A stretch of 55,273 bases of DNA, taken from Candidatus Bathyarchaeota archaeon JdFR-07 (GTDB taxonomy: Archaea > Thermoproteota > Bathyarchaeia > Bathyarchaeales > Bathycorpusculaceae). The position numbers were made by a program, and so were the translations under genes. The stretch covers positions 1 through 55,273 of the forward strand of contig MTLU01000043.1 in the NCBI GenBank assembly GCA_002010975.1, in the 5' to 3' direction. The notes under the pieces are model-generated. The model did not search any database, was not told the DNA's origin, and saw only the letters and a program-made list of their open reading frames with translations. This document shows, in pieces, positions 26,975 through 35,446 of the stretch. Each line of letters opens with the position of its first letter. Position 1 is the first letter of the stretch.

Positions 26975-27820
26975 TTAAAGCTGTTTTTCGAAGTTAATTA
27001 TTTCAAAAACTGGCGTATATCCTACCTTTTTGTATAGGTTAACTGCCTTTTTGTTAGTTTTTGGTGTACCCGCATATGCATAATGACATCCATATTTTCT
27101 GAAGCACTTATGCATCTCTACGATTAACGCGTAAGCAACGCCTTTTCTTCGAAATTTTGGAAACACTCCTATTAAACCAATCACGCCGTAAGTTGGACGA
27201 TATTTATCCTCTGGCATAAACGATACTGCAAAACCGGCTGCTTTGTCTTTCACCAAGCCAATCTTCCAGAGCTCAGGCGGAGAAAACCCAAGTTTTCCAT
27301 TTTTAATGGACAGAAGCTCCTCCAAGACTTTCTCTCGAACTGAAACAAATGGATCCCATTCATGTATAGCCTTGTCTTCTGGTGTTGATGCATAGGCTTT
27401 TAAAGTGAAATTAGCGAAGTCTTCCAAGGAGTAGCTTTCCTTTGTTGTAATTCTAAAACTTGGAGAATGCAGAAGTGTTCCAGTATGACTCAGGTCAGCT
27501 AACAATTGTAGGCCAATAGGTCCCTGTTGCTTAAAACCGCTTTTCTTGTATAGATTAATATGCCATTCGGCAGTTTCCGGCAAGTCATAGGGGTATTTAA
27601 TCATGCAAACTGCCTTTTTCGCTCCTTCACGTTGCAACAATTGCAAGGCCTTCTCAATGAGAACTTCACCTGCTCCGCTGCTTCTTTCTTTCAATGGAAC
27701 AGCAGGTTCCCATCTTCTTAATACACCAACCTCTCTGCGAAGTTTAATCCCTAGCACACCAAGGATTTCCTTGCTTTTCTTTAATGTCGCCTCGGTTATA
27801 ATCAAAGAGTCTGCTTTCAT
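26975..27820 (-). CDS. two-domain GNAT N-acetyltransferase, possibly frameshifted at its 5' end
   Basis: RSSGAGEVLIEKALQLLQREG and FRRKGVAYALIVEMHKCFRKYG are acetyl-CoA motif-A-like segments. A likely original N-terminus (MMITVENAKSKDKYISAW...) lies in another frame at 27905-27830. Confidence 0.75.
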   Translation of the reverse strand: MKADSLIITEATLKKSKEILGVLGIKLRREVGVLRRWEPAVPLKERSSGAGEVLIEKALQLLQREGAKKAVCMIKYPYDLPETAEWHINLYKKSGFKQQGPIGLQLLADLSHTGTLLHSPSFRITTKESYSLEDFANFTLKAYASTPEDKAIHEWDPFVSVREKVLEELLSIKNGKLGFSPPELWKIGLVKDKAAGFAVSFMPEDKYRPTYGVIGLIGVFPKFRRKGVAYALIVEMHKCFRKYGCHYAYAGTPKTNKKAVNLYKKVGYTPVFEIINFEKQL

Positions 27821-28052
27821 TGAACCAGTGAAGGTGCTGCATGCCCTTTATCCAAGCGCTTATGTACTTGTCTTTGGATTTTGCGTTCTCCACTGTTATC
27901 ATCATTTTGGTGCGACTCTTTTTTAACAACTGCTCAATAAAACAAGAATCTAATATCCAGATAAAAGTCTGGTGTTGAAATGATCGTAACTCGTTACAGA
28001 AAATTTATATGTAATAGAATTATTACGTGTAATTGCATGGTGGTAGCTATGT

Positions 28053-28346
28053 ATGAGGGAAATAGAAAAACTAGCGAAAAAACTCGATGCATTAAGCCAT
28101 CCATTGCGACTAGAGATAGTTGCGTTGCTTGTAAGAGGGGAAATGTACTTGAGTGAAATCGCTAATCATCTAGGTGTTAGCAGGGCTTTGACAAAAATTC
28201 ATTTAAAAAAACTTGAAAAAGCTGGTCTGGTTAAGAGTAGAATCGTCCTTGTGGAAGGTGAGGCCCGGGCTTTGCGTTACTATATCTTGCAAGACTTTGA
28301 GATCCATCTTACTCCTAAACTTATTGGAAAGGTAAGAGGAGATTAA
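28053..28346 (+). CDS. ArsR-family winged-helix transcriptional regulator
   Basis: LDALSHPLRLEIVALLVRGEMYLSEIANHLGVSRALTKIHLKKLEKAGLV. Confidence 0.85.
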   Translation: MREIEKLAKKLDALSHPLRLEIVALLVRGEMYLSEIANHLGVSRALTKIHLKKLEKAGLVKSRIVLVEGEARALRYYILQDFEIHLTPKLIGKVRGD

Positions 28347-28347
28347 A

Positions 28348-28617
28348 ATGGATACCCGAAGCATAATAGTTCTTGTAACTTGGATATGCGTTACGGTACT
28401 TTCTGTCACCATTGTTTGGGTGACTCAACAACTAGACATATGGAATGTGCTTTTCATCTTGCTACTAATAGGCATAGCTTTCTCGGTCACCTTTGCCATT
28501 CCCTTTGGTCTACCGGCAATTGAACATGCTACAGAAAAGCAAATAACAAAAATCCTGAAACAATTACAGGAACTTAACCAGAAAATGGATTACATCAAGA
28601 GGCAACTAGAAGAATAA
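28348..28617 (+). CDS. small two-helix membrane protein with a charged C-terminal helix
   Basis: Starts 1 nt after the ArsR stop. TM helices IIVLVTWICVTVLSVTIVWV and VLFILLLIGIAFSVTFAIPFGL. Confidence 0.55.
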   Translation: MDTRSIIVLVTWICVTVLSVTIVWVTQQLDIWNVLFILLLIGIAFSVTFAIPFGLPAIEHATEKQITKILKQLQELNQKMDYIKRQLEE

Positions 28618-28877
28618 CTTTTTCACCATTTGAGTATCAGTAATTAGTTGAGCGAAAGAGACAAGTTAAAAAGCTTTGATAGCTTAGAAAATGTTTAAAT
28701 CTATATTTAAATCCTTGTTTTTTGCACAAAACCAGATTTCTAATCGGAGATAAATTTCAAAGTACTAGGGGTTAGGTTCATATATACGTTTATAATCCAC
28801 GTTTTTGCGTCCGCGCTGGTTTGAAACTCAGTTTTAAATTTCTGGATTACCTGATGCATAGAATTGCTCTGAATCCC

Positions 28878-29321
28878 TTATAGATAGCCGATTTTCCAAT
28901 GCAGCTTCTTGCCGCAATTTGGACACTGCCAGCGTTTTTCTTGAATCTTAAGCCACTCATCAACTCCCAAATTCTTCATCTCTCTCAGGTTATCAATTAC
29001 TGCCGTATGATGTGCTCTGCCGTCACGCGAAAAATCCTCCAACTTCTTACATGGGAATTCAGAACATTCAAAACACCACGTAACCCCTTTCTCCTTCGCA
29101 CATCTGCGGAATTCGCAATCGCGGGAATCTGGCGGCAGATATACCCTGTAGTTGACGGATAAACAGCCATCACAAGCAACTTTTTCTACAGGAATATTCC
29201 CGGCTGCGGCAAGTTTTTGCAGCAATGCAAAGTCTTTGTCTTTGTAGGCGCGGTAAACATGGCAAGCGCCGCAGTATAATCCGCAGATGCCAGCCAACTC
29301 CATCAATTCAAATTCCACCAT
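28878..29321 (-). CDS. DUF3795-type cysteine-rich protein
   Basis: CGLYCGACHVY ... CDGCLS ... CEFRRCAKEKGVTWCFECSEFPCKK. Paralog of 10125..10601. Confidence 0.7.
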   Translation of the reverse strand: MVEFELMELAGICGLYCGACHVYRAYKDKDFALLQKLAAAGNIPVEKVACDGCLSVNYRVYLPPDSRDCEFRRCAKEKGVTWCFECSEFPCKKLEDFSRDGRAHHTAVIDNLREMKNLGVDEWLKIQEKRWQCPNCGKKLHWKIGYL

Positions 29322-29491
29322 ATTGCCTTTGAACCATTGATATTAAAATACATTTTCCGAAAACCAAGTATACGAACATGAAGGAACCGATTTTTGTGTC
29401 TTGACACCCCAAGCTTTCTGGCTATTTGCGCATTAGTTAGCATGGGCTGTTCAATAAGCAGTTGAATAAGTTGTCTGTCCTTTTCTGTCAC
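29303..29491 (-). CDS. short HTH ORF, possibly a remnant of a larger regulator
   Basis: EKDRQLIQLLIEQPMLTNAQIARKLGVSR is HTH-like, but the remaining 30 aa look non-native. Overlaps the DUF3795 start by 19 nt. Confidence 0.35.
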   Translation of the reverse strand: MTEKDRQLIQLLIEQPMLTNAQIARKLGVSRHKNRFLHVRILGFRKMYFNINGSKAIWWNLN

Positions 29492-29600
29492 ATTTCTCCC
29501 ATTTGATGTTCTGCAACAACTAATAAATCCTTAAGGGTTGACGTCGTCAACCTCAATGAATAATAGTATATCTGATGTCGATACTGTGAGGTGAGAAAAC

Positions 29601-29945
29601 ATGAAAATAAGAAAGATAGCACTTTCTGAGTTGGATCAGATTTCAAGGTTGCTTGTTAAGCAGTATCCAGGTCAAGAATTTGATGAAGTGAAGGAACACA
29701 CTGAGTGGCATCTTAAGGGCTTTCCAGAAATATGCCTTGCAGCTGAAGAAAACAGCGAAATCGTAGGCTTCATAATTTCACATTTACATGAAAACACCTT
29801 GGAAATCGAAGAACTTTACGCAGCAAAGGGTCATGAAACCACATGGAAACCACTAATAAACGAAGTGCTCAAGAAAATTCCGAAAGTTAACACAGTAACC
29901 ATATGGATGGAAAATTTTAGAGAACTCATCAAGCAACTAAGATAA
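29601..29945 (+). CDS. small GNAT-like protein with a degenerate acetyl-CoA motif
   Basis: AEENSEIVGFIISHLHENTLEIEELYAAKGHE resembles GNAT beta4-alpha3. The canonical R/Q-x-x-G-x-G/A motif is absent. Confidence 0.5.
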   Translation: MKIRKIALSELDQISRLLVKQYPGQEFDEVKEHTEWHLKGFPEICLAAEENSEIVGFIISHLHENTLEIEELYAAKGHETTWKPLINEVLKKIPKVNTVTIWMENFRELIKQLR

Positions 29946-30154
29946 AAGGCCTTGCACATCTCTTCATGATAGATGCCCTAATGCCTCCAGTTCATATCCT
30001 TAACTATCAATTTTTAACCCTTTTATTTCGATTTCTCCGTCTTTCTCGATTAGAATATGTATTTTCCCCATCTGTGCAAACATCCACTTCCTTTCCTTCC
30101 CAGCTCTTTGGTATGAGAAGAAGATTAGTCGATTCAAAGCAATTGCTCGATCTT

Positions 30155-30640
30155 TCACATCAAGTTTCTCCAATTCCTTACTAATAGAACTGCCTCAATG
30201 CTTCCAAGCACAAGACATGTTGATCCTATGATTTTTGTCCAAAGGACTTTACATTCGATATGTGCCTTACACTCCTTTATTCTTGGAGGCTTCACCTGTT
30301 CTGATGGAAGTGCTGTTAAATTTGCCTCTTCCAATTCATTCGTTCCATATGGAAAATGCTTCTGTGTCACCCATATTTCTCTGATCATATCAGCGCTAGG
30401 GATGTTTACAACAAATTCTCTGGTTTCTATAACATTTCTATAAGTATCGTGCTTTATGTTAACTGAGAAAAGAAGTTGAGGAGGATTGTAATCAACTACG
30501 GTGACCCAGCCATGTGGAGCAGCATTTATTGATCCATCCTTGCCGACTGTTGTAATTAAGGTAACAGGATTAAACCCCAATAATTGAAGAGCCCCCTTAT
30601 CTATAGGCAAACTAAGTTTATCGCCCAAGATACCCACCAT
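30155..30640 (-). CDS. flavin reductase-like (FMN-binding split-barrel) protein
   Basis: NPVTLITTVGKDGSINAAPHGWVTVVDYNPPQLLFSVNIKHDTYRNVIETREFVVNIPS. Confidence 0.75.
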   Translation of the reverse strand: MVGILGDKLSLPIDKGALQLLGFNPVTLITTVGKDGSINAAPHGWVTVVDYNPPQLLFSVNIKHDTYRNVIETREFVVNIPSADMIREIWVTQKHFPYGTNELEEANLTALPSEQVKPPRIKECKAHIECKVLWTKIIGSTCLVLGSIEAVLLVRNWRNLM

Positions 30641-30893
30641 TCTTAATTTAGCTTTTAGGTCTAAATATCTAACTGAGATAAGCTTCGTATCGCTTACCAG
30701 TGCTAAGATCTTGCTCAGGGTCTTTTAGGACATTGTAGCGCCTGGGTTAGGTTAAAAACTCGGTTTTTCTCGGGATTGTGTGAACCAAGGATTCGTTTAG
30801 AGGCTGTATATACACGCAAACTCAACCGTATACGTTTTAAATTTAGGAACCATTTTATCGGGTGAACTGTTGGAAACAGTAAGGGTGTAGCAA

Positions 30894-31622
30894 ATGAAAA
30901 TTCTTGTTTGTTTAGAGGTTGGCTTGGGCGGGACTGGAGCTTTTGTTCCAAAGTGTCCTGGTTGCTGGGTTTTTGGAAGAACTCCTGAAAGTGCCTTAAG
31001 GAAAGTTAGGGCTGCTGTGGTTGAGTGGGTTGAGTGGCTGAGAAGGCATGGCGAACGCCCTCGTATCAAGGCCGATGAAATAGAAGTCGTAGAAGGCGAG
31101 ATTCTCCGCGTCACTTACAATCCGGTAGAGGCTGATAAGCCTGAGCCATTGTTTTGGTCAGAGGTTCTCCCGATTGGTAGTAAAGAGATTGAAAGGACAA
31201 TACGGTTGATGAGATATTCCCGCAGCGACTTGTTAAAACTTGTTTCCGCCTTAGACGAAGAAGCCCTTGATTGGCAACCGCCTGAAAAGCCTCGTACGAT
31301 CCGAAACTGTTTGAGACACATAGGAATTGCAGAATGGTGGTACATCACACGTCTTGACATAGATTTACCTGAGGAATTTCCAGAAGATGCTTTCGAATTA
31401 CTTCATTCTACAAGAGAAACTGCACTATATAACTTGCAAAATCTACCAAAAGAGAAGTGGAGTGGAATCTTCCAGCCAAGGAAGCATGTGGCCCCGGAAG
31501 CGGCAGTCTGCAATCTCTGGACCGCTAGAAAAATGCTAAGAAGACTTGTTGATCATGAAAGGTTACATACAAAATACATTGAGAAAGTCCTAAAAATGTA
31601 CCAAAATAGAAAGCAACAGTAG
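30894..31622 (+). CDS. HicB/UPF0150-like N-domain fused to a DinB-superfamily four-helix-bundle domain
   Basis: N-terminus GAFVPKCPGCWVFGRTPESALRKVRAAVVEWVEWL. C-terminus IRNCLRHIGIAEWWYITRL ... RRLVDHERLHTKYIEKVL, a DinB His pattern. Visibly more G+C-rich than its surroundings. Confidence 0.7.
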   Translation: MKILVCLEVGLGGTGAFVPKCPGCWVFGRTPESALRKVRAAVVEWVEWLRRHGERPRIKADEIEVVEGEILRVTYNPVEADKPEPLFWSEVLPIGSKEIERTIRLMRYSRSDLLKLVSALDEEALDWQPPEKPRTIRNCLRHIGIAEWWYITRLDIDLPEEFPEDAFELLHSTRETALYNLQNLPKEKWSGIFQPRKHVAPEAAVCNLWTARKMLRRLVDHERLHTKYIEKVLKMYQNRKQQ

Positions 31623-31691
31623 ATTCAATAGGCTAATTCTATGGTTTATCTAAGAAAAGCCTCGAAAAACGCTTAAAATGCTGAGATAAGA

Positions 31692-31823
31692 TGGCGCCGG
31701 GGAAGGGATTCGAACCCCTGCGAGCCCAAAGGCCCACTGGCTTACTTGTCCTTTATCCTAGCCCCTTTATGTTAGGTAGATTAGATCTCGAGGCCAGCGC
31801 GTTAACCACTCCGCCACCCCGGC
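31692..31823 (-). tRNA. tRNA-Ser (anticodon CGA) with a ~44-nt intron and a genomically encoded CCA
   Basis: Minus strand: acceptor GCCGGGG/CCCCGGC, D arm GCG-GAGTGGTTAA-CGC, anticodon stem CTGGC/GCCAG, loop CU-CGA-G[intron]A. Long variable arm TGGGCCTTTGGGCTCGC, T arm AGGGGTTCGAATCCCTT, discriminator G, then CCA. Confidence 0.9.
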
Positions 31824-31859
31824 AAAAGAAAGAAAGCACCTAGTATTCTAAAAGTGTTT

Positions 31860-32687
31860 TCACACATTCTTCTTTAACAAGGATGGAAATAGCCATTTCT
31901 TCCTTCTCTTCTGTTTTCCCTTGTCCCAATCAAACAATATTTTCACTGCTTCGTTAGCTACTTTGATGGCGTTTTCCTCACCTGCCCCTTCTTTAAACTG
32001 ATTTGTACATCTATTAGCATAAACAGCACAAACAGCTCCAGCTCTAAGCCCATAAAGGCTTGCCAAAGTGAACAACGTTGCAGCTTCCATCTCAAAATTT
32101 AAAATTCCAGCCTCTTGAAGAAACCCAAATAAATAGCCAGCCGTTCCAGTGCAACCTCCCGGCAAGCTCCTGCTTTGTCCAGCATAAAAATCCGCAGTAG
32201 TAGCTGTCACGCCAACATGATAATTATCTATGCCCAAACTTTCAGCTGCTTCAATCAAGGCCAACAAAACCTCATAATTAGCAATGGCTGGATATTCAGG
32301 AACAACATAACAGTTACTTACATAGTCCAGACGAACTGCAGCAGTAGAAATAATCAAATCCCCACACTCAACCTCTTTTCTTATAGCGCCAGTACTCCCC
32401 ACACGAATAAACGTTTGAACCCCAATACTCGCAGCCTCATTGACCACAATAGCCATACAAGCTGGACCAATACCACTAGACAAAGCAGAAACAGAAACCC
32501 CTTTGTATTTACCAGTGAAACTACGAAATTCTCGGCGAAGAGAAATCTCTTTAGCGGAATCCCAATATTCAACGATCTTTGGAACACGATCCGGATCGCC
32601 CGGTATCAGTAAAAACTTTGCTAAGTCGCCCTTTCTGCAATTAATATGATATTGTCTATCCCTGTGAAAAGCGTGAGGCATTGTCAT
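31860..32687 (-). CDS. nucleoside phosphorylase, PNP/UDP family (uridine phosphorylase-like)
   Basis: LLIPGDPDRV ... FTGKYKGVSVSALSSGIGPACMAIVVNE ... FIRVGSTGA ... NFEMEAATLF. Confidence 0.85.
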   Translation of the reverse strand: MTMPHAFHRDRQYHINCRKGDLAKFLLIPGDPDRVPKIVEYWDSAKEISLRREFRSFTGKYKGVSVSALSSGIGPACMAIVVNEAASIGVQTFIRVGSTGAIRKEVECGDLIISTAAVRLDYVSNCYVVPEYPAIANYEVLLALIEAAESLGIDNYHVGVTATTADFYAGQSRSLPGGCTGTAGYLFGFLQEAGILNFEMEAATLFTLASLYGLRAGAVCAVYANRCTNQFKEGAGEENAIKVANEAVKILFDWDKGKQKRRKKWLFPSLLKKNV

Positions 32688-32725
32688 ACCACAATTAAGA
32701 TTAAGCTTTCACCATTTAATAATTA

Positions 32726-33028
32726 ATGCTAAAGCCTTCGGAGAAAACAGTATTGGGCAAAGAAGATAGAAGAACAAAATATGATATTTATGCTGATGTA
32801 ATAGAAGCCATTGCAAGAAAGGGAGTTTGTTCTCTGACAAGGGTGTCTTATGGAGCAAACATGCCTGTAGATAGAGCCAAGAAAATTTTGGCTTTTCTTG
32901 TTTCCCATGGCTTTGTAAAAGAAGTTATTGCTGGCGGACGTAAAAAATATCGAGTTACAAGGTGGGGTTTAGAATTTTTAGAGACTTACAAGCGAATGCA
33001 GAAGTTTTTTGCAGCCTTAAAGAAGTAG
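32726..33028 (+). CDS. winged-helix protein (COG3432-like predicted transcriptional regulator)
   Basis: YDIYADVIEAIARKGVCSLTRVSYGANMPVDRAKKILAFLVSHGFV. Confidence 0.6.
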   Translation: MLKPSEKTVLGKEDRRTKYDIYADVIEAIARKGVCSLTRVSYGANMPVDRAKKILAFLVSHGFVKEVIAGGRKKYRVTRWGLEFLETYKRMQKFFAALKK

Positions 33029-33121
33029 ATTAAAGATAGTCACAATTTGTGCTCACAGATTGACCTCTCTGTAGGCGCACTATCTTTTAAAGCCTTTAAT
33101 ACGATCTATTCTCACGAATGA

Positions 33122-34363
33122 TTGTATGGAAAGGATGAGAAATTGAGTAAAGATATTTCAATACCTGAGCATGAAACTTTAACTTTAGATATTGTTGAAG
33201 GGAACCTCTCACTAGGCAAACATGCAAGTGTAAAAAGTAAGGAAAAACTATCTGCTCTAAAAGTTTCTAAAACAATTTATTGTGAAGGAAATAACGTCTT
33301 CGAATGCGATATTTCGGCCAGAAGCTTAGAAGCTGATGGTGACGTAATAGTTTATGGAAATTTGACTATAGAGAACAGCATAAGAGTAGAAGATGGGCGA
33401 CTAGAAGTACATGGCAATATGTCCGCTAAGAGAGTTGAAGTAGACAACGTTCTTTATGTTAGAGAAAATTTAACGGTAGAGGAAGTAGATGTAGGGGGAA
33501 GTTTAAAAGTTGGTAACAACGTAAAGGCAAAGGAAATTGATGTTGGAGGAAGCTTCAAAAGCAAAGGAGAAACTGTTGTTGAAAAGATGGATGTAGGGGG
33601 AAGCGTTTCAATAGAGTCCAAAGCCCAAATAATCGAGTTACGAGTCGGAGGAAAAGTGAAGGTTAATGGCGGCAAGATTAACCGCATAGATATAGGTGGA
33701 AGCTTCGAATCAGAAGCTTCGCTAGAATTTGATAGAATAGAAGTGGGAGGAACCGTTCGCTTATCTGGCAATAACAAAGGGTCGGAAATAGAAGTAGGCG
33801 GTTCTTTTAAAAACGTGGGCAATTTAGAGTTTGAAAAAATAGAAGTAGGCGGTAAAGTGGAAATTTCTGGTTCTGGTAAAGGTCAAGAAATTGATGTTGG
33901 AGGTAAAGTAAAAGTAAGCGAATCTTTAACCCTTTCAGGAAATCTTGAAGTTGGAGGTAAAATTGAAGCAGGGAAAGAAATATCCGCAAAAAACATTGAA
34001 GTAGGTGGAGTTTTAGAGGCACAGAAAGTAGATGCAGAAAACCGCGTAGAAGTTGGAGGTCTAATAGCAACAAAAGAAGGCGTAATCGCACGTTTTGTAA
34101 GTATAGGAAAAAAAGGAGCAGTTAGAGGTTTAATAAAAGCAGAGAGAATTGTTGTTGGAAAAGAAGCGAGAGTGGAAAATCTCTATGGAAAAGAAGTGTA
34201 CCTCAAAAAGGGAGCTATTGCAGATAACATTTATGGCGAACGTGTTACAATTGAATCTTACTGCCACATATACGGTGAACTACGCTACACTAACGAGTTA
34301 AGAATAAAGGAAAATGTTTCATTGGCTACACAACCTAAAAAAGTAAACAAAATTCCCGTTTAG
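33122..34363 (+). CDS. beta-helical repeat protein, bactofilin-like (polymer-forming cytoskeletal family)
   Basis: 12 copies of a ~17-22 aa unit centred on (D/E)(V/I)GG (EVDVGGSLKV, EIDVGGSFKS ... RVEVGGLIAT). Bactofilin-like C-terminus GAVRGLIKAERIVVGKEARVENLYGKEVYLKKGAIADNIYGERVTI. TTG start. Confidence 0.7.
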   Translation: MYGKDEKLSKDISIPEHETLTLDIVEGNLSLGKHASVKSKEKLSALKVSKTIYCEGNNVFECDISARSLEADGDVIVYGNLTIENSIRVEDGRLEVHGNMSAKRVEVDNVLYVRENLTVEEVDVGGSLKVGNNVKAKEIDVGGSFKSKGETVVEKMDVGGSVSIESKAQIIELRVGGKVKVNGGKINRIDIGGSFESEASLEFDRIEVGGTVRLSGNNKGSEIEVGGSFKNVGNLEFEKIEVGGKVEISGSGKGQEIDVGGKVKVSESLTLSGNLEVGGKIEAGKEISAKNIEVGGVLEAQKVDAENRVEVGGLIATKEGVIARFVSIGKKGAVRGLIKAERIVVGKEARVENLYGKEVYLKKGAIADNIYGERVTIESYCHIYGELRYTNELRIKENVSLATQPKKVNKIPV

Positions 34364-34368
34364 ATTCC

Positions 34369-35367
34369 TTATGCCTTTTTGGGCATAACTAAGTCGGCAA
34401 TATCAACACTATGCTCATAAACCTGCCTCAAAAATGAAGCTATTGCCAAAGTTTGAGGCACAACTTCCAAGGACTGTTCTCTAGCAACTTTTTCTACGTC
34501 AGCAAAAGCTTTGTCTATTTTTCCTCTCATACCCCTAACATTTTCCGCCAACGTAATATTACCAGAGAAGAAGGCTTTCAAAGCATTTTCATGGGCCTCA
34601 TAACATATAGTATGAAAATTAATGAACATTTTTTTAAGTTCCTCAGTTAACGTTTTTCCCTCCAGCTCCATAATCTTTAATGCGATACGTACACATTCGT
34701 CTCCAATCGCTTCTACAAGACTTGAAGCCAAACGGTAATCAATACATTCTATAGGGCTGATGCCTAGCTTATCGCTTAAGTTTGGGTTTTGAATTATTGT
34801 GCGCAAAATTCGAACCAGTAGAAAATATAGCCTGTTACTTTCGTCATCACGTACTATAACACTTTTGGCTAGTTGTACATCCTTATTTACAAAAGAATTA
34901 ATGACGTCTCGATGCATCCCCGCTACTATTGCATAACTTCGTCGAAGAATTTTATCTGGAGGAAAGCTGGAAGGCTCCAGTAAACACTGTAAAATAATTT
35001 TTGAGTAATCTTCTTCAACAATTTCAAGTCCTACAAGGCTTCTCACACTTTTTTTCACAACATCTCTAATCTCAAAGCTAACGCGTTCCTTTGCCTCCAC
35101 ACGAATAATGTCAAACCCAAGCAAATAAGCTCCTAAAATTTCACGACTTAAATATGGTCCAGGCTTAATGCTCATAACACGAAGTGAAGGCTTAACACCA
35201 TGTTCAGGATCTATGAGAAGCTTACCGTCACTAGTTTCCCTGAAAGCAACAACGCTACCTCGCTTAAGGCGATATCTTTCAGCCCACGCCTTAGGAAGAC
35301 AGACAAAAAAAGTCCCCCCTGGAGTTTGTTGAACTTTACGCAATTCACTCACTTTACATCGCCACAC
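34369..35367 (-). CDS. AbrB/SpoVT-domain plus PhoU-domain regulator (archaeal PhoU homolog)
   Basis: N-terminus LRKVQQTPGGTFFVCLPKAWAERYRLKRGSVV, followed by two PhoU-like helical repeats. GTG 35352 is an alternative start. Confidence 0.8.
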   Translation of the reverse strand: MWRCKVSELRKVQQTPGGTFFVCLPKAWAERYRLKRGSVVAFRETSDGKLLIDPEHGVKPSLRVMSIKPGPYLSREILGAYLLGFDIIRVEAKERVSFEIRDVVKKSVRSLVGLEIVEEDYSKIILQCLLEPSSFPPDKILRRSYAIVAGMHRDVINSFVNKDVQLAKSVIVRDDESNRLYFLLVRILRTIIQNPNLSDKLGISPIECIDYRLASSLVEAIGDECVRIALKIMELEGKTLTEELKKMFINFHTICYEAHENALKAFFSGNITLAENVRGMRGKIDKAFADVEKVAREQSLEVVPQTLAIASFLRQVYEHSVDIADLVMPKKA

Positions 35368-35446
35368 CTAAAACTAATTCGAAACTGCAATATTAACACA
35401 TATAGACAAAAACCTTCTATACAGATTTAAGCATAAGTATTGAAAA

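Noticed and set aside
28851-28872. CTGATGCA ... CTGA, which looks like C and D' boxes of a C/D box sRNA.
   Set aside because: The spacer is only ~10 nt. No C' box, terminal D box or terminal stem follows, and it partly overlaps the 3' region next to the DUF3795 gene.
29946-30200. Plus-strand ORF 29966..30184, and a possible frameshifted C-terminal extension of the flavin reductase-like gene (minus-strand frame reading SKELEKLDVKDRAIALNRLIFFSYQRAGKE...IEKDGEIEIKGLKIDS).
   Set aside because: The plus-strand ORF has no motifs. The minus-strand continuation shows only vague resemblance to flavoredoxin C-termini, so neither a gene nor a frameshift can be supported by eye.
30715-31360. Minus-strand ORFs 30715..30951, 30797..31114 and 31115..31360.
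   Set aside because: They are antisense to the HicB-DinB gene. Open frames on the opposite strand are expected in this G+C-richer segment.
33454-34091. Minus-strand ORFs 33454..33822 and 33807..34091.
   Set aside because: They are antisense to the VGG-repeat gene. The periodic repeat keeps the reverse frames open and yields PPTS/LLL repeats without independent support.
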